In this document: one piece after another, positions 41,106 to 53,776 of the stretch
How the letters are laid out: every line of letters begins with the position of its first letter
Numbering within the stretch: the first letter of the stretch is position 1
Translations under genes and position numbers: made by a program
Notes under the pieces: generated by a model
Told to the model about the DNA's origin: nothing
The model's input: only the letters and a program-made list of their open reading frames with translations
Databases searched by the model: none
Origin: Antedon mediterranea
Taxonomy: Eukaryota > Animalia > Echinodermata
Direction: 5' to 3'
NCBI RefSeq assembly: GCF_964355755.1
Contig: NC_092676.1
Location: forward strand, 15,332,871 to 15,396,870
Length of the DNA stretch: 64,000 nt

Positions 41106-42523
41106 GGGCCTGTTTCTGCTGAGCAGAAATAATCGATTATTAACCGTTTATTTTTTTAATCGATTATTTTTGGGCAGCAGAAACGGCGCAAAATAAAATT
41201 ACCGATTAAAAATAACCGATTAAAAACACTCAATCCATTGCGTGATGTATTGTCCCTTGAAACAAAAAAAATGAAGGTCAAAATATTATAAATTTAAATT
41301 GGCCATATCAAAGTAATATTAAAGTTATTCACTTTAAGTCAAAAATTCGAGCCAAAAACAACAAGTTTATGTAATTAACAGGTAAATTAGTTTGATAACA
41401 TTTTGTCTGCAAAATCGTCGCGAGTGAAAGTAAACAAAGATTTCAAACCACGAGTACGCATTATGTATATACTAATTAGGATTATTTACAACTCGGCACA
41501 GTTGAGAAGGTATTTTCACACAGATCGTGAGGAAGTTTTATGAAATATGCATACAGAGTAGCGAAACAAGCGCATTTCGTTATGAGATATGTTTTGATCG
41601 AAAACTTTGACTGGAAGTCAAAGTTATTTTTTAAACAAAAAAACATCTGTATTTCAGATAAATGATTTTTTTTTCAACAAATTTTTGGTGATAGAAACTA
41701 TTATGATACTTCAAAATGACCAACCTTTTTTCGAAATATTTTATTTTTTATTTTTTTGGAATTAGTCAAAGGGACAATACATCTTTAATCGATTATTTCT
41801 TGTTTTAACCGATTATTGCGGAGCAGCTCAAAACTGCAACACAAATAGCGATTATTGACCCCACTTTGACCTCTAGAGTATGGCAAACTTATTCACGTCA
41901 CAAAGCATGCTGTTTATTTGCGCGATATCGGCGACGATCAGCAAAACAACGATTGTGATGTAGACCGAATAACAATCAAATGTTAAACATTTGATTTTTA
42001 TTATTTTGTGGGGGAGAATTGTACCGAGAGACTCCAGGATTCTGTGTTACAAGTACACCGTTACATCCCACCAGTTCAGGCTAACAATGTTTTACATGTC
42101 CTTTTTTAGGCCTGTTGTCTGTTGACTTGTTTCAGTAGAAATATATAGCCTATAGGCCTAGCAGGCCGAAGGTAGAACCAACGAATGGCGAAAGAACTTT
42201 TCTCGCCGACGTGTCCTTATTAATATAACATCATTATTCTGTTGTATGTGGTACGGTAGTAGGCCTAGATGTTTATTTTACAAATAATATAGCTTTACAT
42301 AAGAGTACTTTTTAATCCTACATGTGAGAGTTTTAGGCAGCGATAGGATGTAAAGAAACCAACTCTCATCGGCCTTTCATAACTTGAACTGCGCTGTGGG
42401 GGAATGATGACGTGATTTAAAAAACGTAGTCGTAGCAATTTTCAATTGCAACACGATTATTTTTGTGGTTTGCGATGACTGGAAAAAATCGATTATTTTG
42501 ATTTTTTCAGCAGAAACAGACCC
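41106..42523. mobile_element. Harbinger-like non-autonomous element carrying a nested MITE
   Basis: TIRs GGGCCTGTTTCTGCTGA / TCAGCAGAAACAGACCC, flanks TCA and TTA; repeated AATCGATTATT motifs. Confidence 0.75.
41244..41784. mobile_element. Kolobok-like MITE, copy 2
   Basis: Colinear with 29225-29769; ends GGGACAATACATCT+TTAA. Confidence 0.8.
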
Positions 42524-43240
42524 TTACTGTGTTATATACAGTACTTTCCATGCAATTTTATCTTCTTGAAATGACGTTTTGAATTAAATTGACAGTGACA
42601 CCTAATTATTTGGTGTTGTAAGATTTATTAAAGGTTGCTCTATTATAATGTGTTTACTATAGTATATAGAAAGCATAAATCAATTAAGAATTGGAGAATT
42701 CTAGGAATTTTCTGTCATTCCATCCAATTCTTGATGATTGATATCTTCTCAGTCCTACAATAAATATGTAATATATTAACAATTTTTTAACAAATGTTGA
42801 TATTTTATTAATTTAAGAATGTTCACATTTTTTTATTTTATCATTTTTGTTACCATATAGCTTTTTAACACAACTGGTGATAATTTGATAAAGGATGGGG
42901 CAAAAAACTAATTATTATTTTTAATAACTATTTTTATCTAGCTGTGGTAGCTATAGCCTGTACTTTTCTGTGAATTTCACAGTGAGTCAACCTTGGCGGT
43001 TCATTTGTTACGGTTAAAACCAAAACATTGAGCCATTCTCAACTTTACTTCCATTCTTTTGGATTTAATAATTGAAACCGTTTATTTTTATACAATACTT
43101 CAATGTTTGTTCTGTGTACATTTTTATTAGAAAATATGCTACCTTTAATAGAATTGAATGAATTATACTAGTAGGCTATTAATATTGACATCTGTGCATC
43201 ACACAAAAAGGTAGAATTTTAACGTTTTTCCCTTTAATAG

Positions 43241-43450
43241 TTAAAGTCGAAGAAATCAAAGAATTACGTCATGGCAAAAACACTGAAACATTTCGTTCTC
43301 CAGACATCAGCCAGGAATTGCCTGATGATCGTGCCTTTTCAATCATCTATAGCAATGAATATCTGACCCTTGACCTGATAGCTTCTACAGCGGATGAAGC
43401 AAACATTTGGATAACAGGCCTTATGTATTTAATGAGTGGCTGTCATCGGA
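43241..43450 (+). CDS. PLCL: PLCL exon, PH domain C-half
   Basis: ttaatag| ... |gtaagt; 210 bp, phase 1-1; IKVEEIKELRHGKNTETFRSPDISQELPDDRAFSIIYSNEYLTLDLIASTADEANIWITGLMYLMSGCHR. Confidence 0.95.
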
Positions 43451-44000
43451 GTAAGTAAAATCTATTTTTCATATTTTGATTATTCATTTTTTTGTTTCAA
43501 TTTATGCACACTGTAATTTTTTAAAACATTCCTTTTTTCCTGTTTCTTTTTTTGTTAAATTCATAATTTATTCTTTTTACCAGATAACTAGATCTCTATT
43601 CTACAGAAAGTTAACTCCTGGTTAATGTTGTTATATGCCCTTATTTTCAGCTTATTTGATTATAATATTTCAGCCTAGTATTGGGGTCTAAAAAAATACC
43701 ATTCTGAAGTTCAAATCACAAAAATAAAAGTCTCTCTTCTTGTAAAATCAACTAAATTTCCATCATAATCTAAATTACATCTTAATATATGCAGTGTGGT
43801 TGATTATGATTACGAATTGATGCATTTACAATGAATCATGCTAATTGTAATTTTTTAATTGGCTCATCCTGAATCTATTGTTTTTATTATTTTTTCTCTT
43901 GAATTGTTCAAAATTTAAAATCAAAACAAACAAATCTATCACATTTTATTTTAATTTTGAAAAAAATAAAAGCATCTTCAATCAAATGACAAAATAAGAA

Positions 44001-44875
44001 TTAATAATACAACGTTCTCAAACTTCGTGACTTGTCTTCGTGACAGTACGAAAAGAAATGATGTGCGATATCAACTGCTTTCTCAATAGCACGTCCCGCG
44101 GGACGTGGAAGCGATGCAAACTTAGCAGGCGTCCAGCGTACGCAAACGTCGCACGGGTCTGACTGGCTGCACGTGTGGCAGTTAATGCACCGCATGTGGC
44201 GATCCCACTTAACTGTTGATCGTGGGCCCCTGCACTGGATGCATTCTTGTTTTGGCATGATGGCAAAGAACGCCTAAACAAAGCACACAAACACACACCT
44301 AACAGAGTATCTCGTTCCTAACGTACTATGTTACAGTGGTTACGCCTGACTGATTCTTTTGTATCGCCTACTCTATGCCGGTGAACAGTCCCGGTATGTG
44401 AACAATTTCTGCCTCGTGAGTAGACGAGGCAACGATTTGCAACGTATCAACAACAATTAACTAATCTAACGGTATTTTTGCCCTCTGTTAGATTAACAAA
44501 ACAGGGCAACGTTTTCTAACGTATCAATCCTTATACAATGTATAATATATGAGATCAACTTAGCCTCGGCTAGCTTCTCAAGGTTCGATTTTCTTTCTCG
44601 TTTGTGACGTACGCAACGTTTTCAAACTTTGTGACTTGTCTTCGTGACAGTACGAAAAGAAATGATGACGGTAACACGTGGGAGTGGTCCCACAAGAGGG
44701 CGCTAGAGCGGGATGTACCATTCTTAATGAGGTGAATTCGGGTAAAATTCTTCTTTTCGTAATTATTTCGCACTTTGTGGAAAAGGGCTATTGTCTGGTT
44801 TATCCAGGTAAGCAACTTATAGACTACCAACACCATTTCTGGTTTGTGTAATTTTGCGCACATTTGCCCTAGCCT
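44001..44875 (-). mobile_element. Truncated DIRS-like (tyrosine-recombinase retrotransposon) 5' remnant with a Cys-rich gag-like N-terminus
   Basis: GC-richer island. ORF 44258-44001 MPKQECIQCRGPRSTVKWDRHMRCINCHTCSQSDPCDVCVRW has the C-x2-C..D-x-H-x2-C-x2-C..C..C-x2-C-x2-W pattern I recall for DIRS ORF1. There is a 54-bp direct repeat, and the terminal segment is shared with 50355-50417. Confidence 0.5.
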
Positions 44876-47800
44876 TCACTGTTTTTCTGTTGTTGTTTTC
44901 TCTTAATAAAAACACTTTTTGACGATTTAAAATTTAACTTAAAAACTTTAAAAGTTATAAACATGCTAGAAATCATTATTTCTGTAAGTAACATAAACAT
45001 TGAGATGGTACTGTGTATAAGCATATGAAAATTAATGCCCCCAAAACGATTTATTATATATACAGTATTTTATTTTTTTTTAAACAGGTAACAATACATA
45101 AATATACAGTACCAATTTTTTTAGCCCCATTTGACCATTCTACTGTATAATCGTTTTAAAAATTTATTATTTGAATTGTAAAGAATTTGATCATTCTTTG
45201 TTGTATAATAAGGGAATAATGAGGGAATATTAATAGCTTGATGTTTATGATTTAACATTAGTAGAGCATGATATTCAACAAAAAGTAGAATAACAGAAAT
45301 GAAGATCTAATTTGTGTTGTTACCTCCAAAGTAAACTGGTCCTCAAACAAGGCAGAAATACTTTTTTGTGTAATAGCTGTTTGGAAGATTGATTTAAATA
45401 ACCAATTTTAAATATTACCCCATTTACTGCAGTATCTTAGATTAACTTGCTACATGATGGATTTTTTATCGATACCACTGTGTCAAACTGAGTCTGTATT
45501 GATGTCATGTGGAATCTACTAGATAGGATGCTTAGCTTCATAGTTTTTAAAACAGTACATTCTATAGTCATTAATGCCCTTGCCACATTTGTGATAGGTA
45601 ATTTAATACTAAAATGATTGATTTAATTGCTTGTTCATCCACAGTGTAAGCAAATATTTTAGTTTTACAGGTAATTAAATGCAATGCAGATTGCAGAGTA
45701 GTTGTATGTTCAGTATGTTCAGTATGCTTTGCAGATAGGCAGAGACATCAAATCCAAAAACCCTGTATTGAATACCAGTATCAAACTTGATCACAGATCA
45801 CAGATGAATACAATAGCAACTTGTGGAGCAGGATCTTTCAGTTTTGTTGAATCAATTATTTTACTTGCAATTTAGACGTTTTGTAAAAATGTATTATATA
45901 GCTTTAAAAACATTAAACCAGATTATTCCTTGTCTTAAATCGTTGATTTTGTAAATACACAAAGTATTCTTCACTTTGAAATATCTGTAAGCTAAAAAAT
46001 GAAAGCAATACTGGATATGGGACTTTGGAAAATAAAAGATGCTAAAGAAAAATTGTGAGCTAGGGTGCGCATCAGAAAGTGACAACATGAATGAAAGTAC
46101 GTTGAACTCTGTCAATCAGTCGGCAGTTTAAAACTATTTCAGGGATGAAATTTGAATTGGTAATTGAAAAAATTAGAGTGAAGTATTGGAATAATAAAAC
46201 TATAACTGCTTACGGACTTGAAATAAACACAAAAAAAGTGCATATGGTGGTGATCGAAAGTAGGAGGTTGCATAATTGATAGGTGACGTAATAACTCACG
46301 AAACATGGCCGCTGAGATGTCAAATTACTGTTATTTTTTACCTTTTTCTATTGTTTATTTTTTAAATTCAGGAAAGTGATATAGCCTATCCTGTGCGGCC
46401 CATCAAGAAACATTATTGTGCCAAATGTGAGCATGTACCATTCTGCAGTTTCGGAGGAGATACATAAAATTACAAAACCAATTTAGTAGCATAGATAATA
46501 TAAATGGGGAAAGTTTTGTGTACATAAGACTATAGTAATATTCAGGTAAAATCCTTAAAGTTTAAATGGAGGATGACATGAAACAAGTGTATGGCCTGCT
46601 ATTTTACAACCAAAAGACTAAAGATTTTAGGTAAAAGATTGACAATTGTTGCCAGAGAGAATTCATTGCAATGTTCTTTATAAATATAATTATTTTATTT
46701 AAAATTAATAGTGAACATAAAGCATATAGAATGCAAATTGATTATATTATCATCCTTCCTTATATGCAGATTGTTGGTATTATCATCCTTCCTTATATGC
46801 AGATTGTTGGTATTTAGTCTAAATACATTAGGCGGAGGTAAATGATAATATCAATAGAAGTTTATGAATGTGAAATAAGAATAGACCTAGTAGCTACAAT
46901 TTTAGGTTCAATTTGTTGTCAAGGAGATGCATTTTGATTCTTGAGGTAAACAATAGACATAATGTTGTTAATATACCTTTACAACAAATTGCTTTTAAAT
47001 TTCATGAATATCTTAATTTGTTGTATTGCAAGTACTACTAGATCAAAAGTTAATTGATTTTAACGGAAAAGAAAAATAAGCCTTTGGGCTTGAAAATGTA
47101 ATGAAACAATAATTGGTACAATTATAACAACTGGGTATACAGCAGCCATTTGTTGGCGACTAGATAATGGTTTTTGTCAATATTACCAAATGAAAAAAAT
47201 AATAAAATTGTTACCAACTGTAGCCTCGATTAGCTAAATTTGTAGGTTCTAGACAATATTTCAAATTATTATTAGCAAAATAATAAATATTTTGGCACAT
47301 ATGTCATTTCATTTTAATACTTGTGTTCCCAAATACGGTCTAGGCAAATAGGTACATGTCATATGATTGACACTAAGAATTTATGATACAGGTCTATCTA
47401 CCTTCTGATTGGCTCGAACACCGTTTTGATATTTTGGAATATTTCGTTGCAAGATGATGTGATGATGATGAACCTTTTCGAAGACTAAATATGTTTTTCT
47501 AGGCCTGGTAGTATATACAGTAACTATTTTTATATCTATTTATTAATTCCTACAGAACAATGTAATATAGTAAATATATTATGAACAGTATATTTTCTTT
47601 TTTAATACTTAATGAAACTGTATTTTACTGTTTCCCATTATATGGATTTAACACCACAGCTAAATCATGCGATTGCATCTGCTCGCTAGGCAGACAATTT
47701 TTTTCTTAAAAGATTAGCCTACATCACAATAGGATTTTTAACAAACTATGTGTTTTAATCGCGGTGCAGTTTTATAGTAAACATTATGTCCATAAGAAGT

Positions 47801-48968
47801 AACCTGTCCTTGAAAATATGGTCGCAGTGTTATTTCCCTGCACAGCAGTATACCATGAAAAAGGCATCCAACGCGTGTATGATGCGTATTGATGTTCCTT
47901 GCTCGTGGTAGAAAGAGAGAGCGACTTGACTTTCCGAATGGCTAGTTTGTGTAGTGCCTCCTTGTAATAGTTATACAAGATGTGAACTTTGTGAATAATG
48001 CATTATGCCCTTTTGTTTCCGGTCAAATATACTGTAGCCTGCAAAAATGAGAAATATCAAATTTTGAATTACTCATCAAGGATTTCTCATCTATAAAAAT
48101 GTTTTGTACAATCCTATTGATTTTTATTGGTGATCCGATGTTCATTATAATAATTACTTTAGGTTTAAAAACATCACTTAACAAGCAAGGTTGTTGTTAT
48201 TAATACATTATAAAAAATCAACAGTAATTAAATCAATTACTTGTTCAGTATATAAAACCATTATAAGCTGCAATCATGCTTTTCTAGTGTCTAATTGTGT
48301 GTTTTTACAGTTTTTGTCAACTAACAAGCCTTTAAAATAGTCTAAAACATGCTCTAATTAACTTTATCCATTTGTAAAATTGCAAGCATGCATGTTGGGT
48401 TGCACATTTTTTTCAATTCTCGTATATAAGTTTTGTTAGCCATAATATACGATATATTGTACAAGCATGATTTTAGAAAATCATGCATAGATAACATTAC
48501 TAATTATTGCGTACCTCCAAAATAGTCTTCCGTGGAATAAGGTCTATCTAAGGGCTTGTTTCTGCAGCGTAGCACCATTTGGTGTGGTCAACAAAAAACA
48601 TAATACTATTACTAGAGCTCTGCCAATCAAGTAACCAGAGATAACTGGTTAAATGGTATTCTAACCTCCAAATGTGGGGTTAGTTTTATACTGTTATTTT
48701 CACGCTGCCATTTAACCGGTTATTGAAAATGTTTCCAGTTTCTACTGCCCAAAAAAATTGGGTTTTATTTATTCACACGGTAAATTTTTTTCGCAGCAGC
48801 AACAACAGAACCTATATGGTAAACATTTGTTTAAAATCTTTTTTTACTTTGACATGGTAACAGACAAACAGACGCAATTAAGCACCCATACAAATAAACA
48901 AAGTATATAATATTTTGGTAATGAAAACAAAATTTGTTCATTATTCAGTTTACTTTTTTATTTTTCAG

Positions 48969-49008
48969 GTTCAAATGAGAATGAAAATGAGCAAGATATG
49001 CGAGATCG
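48969..49008 (+). CDS. PLCL: PLCL 40-bp linker exon ending at a U12 AT donor
   Basis: Long pyrimidine tract ttttcag|, SSNENENEQDMRDR, then |ATATCCTTTT; phases 1-2 fit both neighbouring exons. Confidence 0.88.
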
Positions 49009-49132
49009 ATATCCTTTTTTAGTGCATTAAAAACCATATCTTTATATATTGTATTTTGATATTCGTAAGAACCTGGTAAGGTTCACTTTTGGTTTTTATA
49101 CTGTTGCAGAAAGCACAGTAGCTCTTTCAGTA

Positions 49133-49947
49133 CCGTATATTTCGGTGTATAAGACGCACGCCCTAACTGAGAGTAAAATATCGGTATTTTTTATATCGTC
49201 GATGTATAAGACGCACCTTATATTTCATCAAAACAATTTTTTATTAAATTGTAATCAATATATTGTAATAATATATTTTGTTATATCTACAACGGCGTCC
49301 TTTATTTAGGTTTTTTCTTACCTAGGCTCGGCCGCGCCCAGCCTCAACAAGTTCTTTCTAACTTGTTATTCATGAGTTTTGCACCCGCAACATCGAGTGC
49401 ATGACCGTGTGTGTAACACGCACGTGTGTGGGTCAACCTCGCTCGATCATTTCGAGAGGGCGCACGTTTTCACAGACAATCGTATTCAATTAGTATCGAT
49501 GTATCCGAGATGTGTATACGCTAGGTCCATGCTGTAATCAACTGTTAGAGAATATCCCAGTCGAATACCGTACACCATGTGGCCGCCAAGAAGGGCTTGC
49601 GCTAGGGGTTCGGCGATCGTGCGTATAACTATTAATAAATACATTCCAATCGTAAACGTTTACAAATGAAATTTTATCGGAGCGCCTAAAACAGCTCTAT
49701 AATGAACAAATCTTTTCATCATATTTAGTATAACGTCATGCTAAAATGTCTTGAAAACTAGGCAGAAACAGGTTGCCGTTACGTTATTACACTGTAGCTA
49801 GCCTACTCAGGCCTAGCCGTGCCAATGAGGTGACGATTATGTACAATCTGTGTGGTGAGGCATTTATGTTTGGTGTATAAGACGCACCCTTAATTTAGAG
49901 GTCAAATTTGCGTGTCAAAAGTGCGACTTATACACCGAAATATACGG
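49133..49947. mobile_element. Tc1/mariner-pogo MITE inside the U12 intron
   Basis: 27-bp TIR CCGTATATTTCGGTGTATAAGACGCAC (1 mismatch), TA on both flanks, internal TGTATAAGACGCAC repeats. Confidence 0.9.
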
Positions 49948-50269
49948 TACTTCACCAGTTTCTGAACAATGTGTGCATAAAACAAATACAGTGTCTTACC
50001 ATACAATGAGCACACCAATGATGGATGTTTTGAAAACAGAGACCAACGATACAGGGTTTTCAAGAAATCTAAAAAACAGAGACCGCCTATAATTTAATAT
50101 TAGAAGTTTTCGTTGGGATTTCTCTATAAATATACCCAGCAACAACTTCTCAACATTAGGCCATAATAATAGGGGATCTTCGTTTTCAAGAACCACATGA
50201 ATACAGGTTTATATATAAATCTTGAAAACAAAGACCTCCCCTCCCCCCTCCCCCCTATATAATGCAATA

Positions 50270-50420
50270 TTGTCGCACACCTGAGAGCGGGTACACGGAC
50301 GATACCAGTGGCTTTGAGGAGGATTTTTAAATTGGAAGGAAAAAAGGTCTATGTCGGTTTACCCAGGTAAGTTATCACTTATAGACTACCAACACCACTA
50401 TTGGTTTGTGTAGTTTTAGA
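50270..50420. repeat. Dispersed repeat related to 44685-44860
   Basis: Shared ggttta.ccaggtaag...acttatagactaccaacacca....ggtttgtgta.tttt. Confidence 0.7.
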
Positions 50421-52052
50421 TGTTTTCGAGATTACTCGGAAACAGACAGAGACTGCTTTTGAGGTCTCTGTTTTTTAAACACCCGACCAATAAAAGGTGA
50501 TAAGAAATGATTTTGATCTCAAAAAGCTCCACAAGCCAGAAAAAAAAAGGAAAGTTTAGTGTCAGCTAACAGGTTTGTAAAGATTCATCGTGTGAGATCA
50601 CGGCTTATGAATTTTATACATATTTTTTTATCTAAACTTACCACGGAGTAATGTTATTTGAAGCATCTTGCATGTAGATTTAATAACGCAGATAGTAGAG
50701 GCCCGTAACCATGTAGTCTTATGAAGTCTTTGAACTGCATTATTTAAAGTTATTTTTAAGTTGTTGACTGCAATTGGTGATGTTAAAAGCTACTTATTTA
50801 TGCATCAATAACTTTGACATGCAACAATGAACATGCATGAGCAGTGATAATAAAGCTTCTATTAGCTATAGGTGTTTGAAAACTTATAACGTTATCTGAA
50901 CATCATGATTTTAACATCAAATACATGTACACCTGTGTTAGCTTTCTATATCTAACATCACATTCAAATGGTAGTTTTAAAAACAAAGAATAATTTTTGC
51001 CATGGTCACTAAAGTATATATTGAGACATGAAGAAGAGTCTAGTATATTTGATTTGTGGTAAATTTTGAATAAAAAGATTGTTTTTTTTATTATGATTAA
51101 TCCAAGTGTTTAGACATAATCCATGGGTTTAAATTGATTGAACAAATCGTTTCAGATTTCACGGTTTGTTCTGTTTATGATTAATTAGCTTGCCAATAGT
51201 GATAGACAGTGGGTTTAAAGAGATAAGTGTGACGACGACGACACACAATAAATTGCTGTAGAAATGAATTTCAGAATGCTTTTTTATGGCCAATTTCTAC
51301 AACCTGTGTTTCAATTCAAGATTAAGTTGTTGATGTTTTTCATCACTATAAACTCTGCACAACCAAACTAAATTCATCTTTATTTATCTCAGCATGAGCT
51401 ATGCATTTTAATGAATAATCTTTAAATCCAACTCTTGATGATAAATTTAAAGATAGGATATTATAAAAAAAATGGTTAAGCCTACACATTATTATGGATT
51501 TTAAATAATATTCAAAAGTTGAAACTGTCAGAATTGCGAGAGTTTTATGTATATCATGTAGTATTTTATTTCTTTATTATTATTATTTTTATATTGAAAT
51601 AGACCAATATAAAACGTTGATAAAATTTATGATTTTTTTTCTTCATATCAAGACTACAAATGATTTTTTTTCTCGTAAATTTTCTCTGTTCACTAGTTTG
51701 TGTAGTAGTTTTCTAGATAGATTTGAAAAAAAACCAAAACAGGAAAGTTTTTTTATATTTATATGTCGTAAGTTTTCTTAAATGTTTTTATTGATATTTT
51801 GTTTTATATCCAGCAACCAATTTTATTTTAAACACAATAAACTTTTTAAAGAGAACATAATGTAAACTGATGAATTGAAAGTAATATATAAATTGCCTAT
51901 TTTACATAAATGTCAATCACCTTGGTTTCCATACTGAATTGTCTATGATTTTAAAATGTCTAACTATGTGACAAATCTTCCAAAAATTAATACATGATTT
52001 TAAATAATTAATTATATAGTTGTGCTGATACTTTCCTTAATTGATACTATAC

Positions 52053-52182
52053 ATGGCTACAAACTGTTTTTGATGATGCTGCTGGTGAACCCTTAGGTCA
52101 ACTTGATGAATTTGAAGTGATGAAACTAGTCAAGAAACTCAATCATGGTGTTGGGTCAATGAGAGTCAAGCAGAAATTTAAG
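52053..52182 (+). CDS. PLCL: PLCL exon, EF-hand region
   Basis: ctatac| ... aag|gtatat; 130 bp, phase 2-0; WLQTVFDDAAGEPLGQLDEFEVMKLVKKLNHGVGSMRVKQKFK. Confidence 0.9.
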
Positions 52183-52593
52183 GTATATTCATCTTTTTTG
52201 ATAAATAACTAACTCAATTATCTTATCTGATGATTATGTACATATTGTGTATAAGTTTTGCCTCATTTGTAAAGACAATACAAATTTACTGATGCTCCAC
52301 CTGTAATTTATAGATGATGCCAAAATGATAACCATAACAGAACAAGATACTGTAAATGATTTTATTTATTTTATTTTATTTTATTTTATGTCTTTAGGCA
52401 ATGTGGCCAAGGATTACCAATAGTGAATTAATCACTGTCCTATCAGATAGGTGGTAATCCCCCTGATGATAGTTACTGTTATAAAGAGTAGACTACATAG
52501 AAACCTCTATCCACATCAATGGTCTGGTTTCATTTTTTGTTTTGTTTCATTTTAGTGTTTTTTTATTTAGGTAACTTTTTGAGATGATAATAA

Positions 52594-52801
52594 TTGTCGT
52601 ATTCGAGTGTACCGTTTAGTAGTTTTTCTACTTCTTTAACGGAGTATTTTGAGCGTTGAGATTGTTCTTAACGAAAAAGCTTTCGTTGTCAACGTTTTCT
52701 ATTCGAATGACTTCTGTTGAGCACAAAATTACAATTTGAATACAAAAAGTACTTAACGAATCTTTACGTTGACAACGAAAGTTCCCAATCGAATACGACA
52801 A
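52594..52801. mobile_element. Small inverted-repeat element (MITE remnant)
   Basis: TTGTCGTATTCGA / TCGAATACGACAA, plus inner CTTTCGTTGTCAACGT / ACGTTGACAACGAAAG. Confidence 0.6.
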
Positions 52802-53776
52802 ATGAGAAGAAAAGCTAATTATATGGCCACACGGTTGTTGAAAAATATATAAAAACATGTACCGTAATTAATTACTGAAATTATTTTTTAGTAATTTAGT
52901 ATCTCTATATAAATCAAATATTATAAATACATTTTTGTGGATATAAAGAATAAAATAATTATATTAGTATTTAAAAAACAAAGTTTTAATTGATAAAATG
53001 TGAAGCTCTAGGTAATCCAGGCCCCTTCTAAGTATCAATTTAGTTGTTATTTTTGGCAACACTACATTATTACAGTTATATTTGAAAGCTTCTGTTAAAT
53101 TTAATCCTGAAAGTTTGTCAAAATGTTCAATTGTTCAATTATAGTAAATTTTCAATATACATGTTGAAATGTGCAAGTGTCAGTATTGTGGTTACATATT
53201 AGTTTTTACACATATTTTTCATATTTCCTGATTTTTCTCGTAATCTAAGATTTAAAGAGAAATTGTACAGTATTCACAAAGGAATAATGTATTTTCAGTG
53301 TCTTTTCACATTTTAATTTGTGTGTCAGAATTTCATAATAACTATGGTTACGATTGTTATTACACATGTCCATATTATATGAGTTTCTTTTCACGAATCT
53401 CAATAATATCTGGACATGGTTTAAAAATTCATTTTCTTGATGTCTAGAAATTTGTCTTTTAATGTCAATTAACATTCATCTTATAAAAAAAACATCAATC
53501 TAAAACAGTGATACCGGCAAAAAAATTAATAATACAAACTCAGGACAACAAGTTGTTTCGAGTTTATGAATAAGACATTTGAAAAAAACATTTGCGATTT
53601 AATACAGTACTTTGTTGAAATTGTCGGTCATTGTTGATTGAAATAGTAAGGTACATGTAACGATACACCACTATGACGTTTATATTTGTAAATGATAATT
53701 TATACAAACGTTGAGAAGCAATTGTCATTAATAAAGTTTATTTCTAAATATATAAACACATAATATAGTCTATATT

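Larger units (their letters stand above)
49009..52052 (+). other. U12-type (minor spliceosome) AT-AC intron, 3044 bp
   Basis: 5' site ATATCCTTTT at 49009, branch point TTTCCTTAAT at 52032-52041, terminal AC at 52051-52052. Splicing gives CG|A TGG = R-W, the conserved start of the PLC EF-hand region. Confidence 0.9.
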
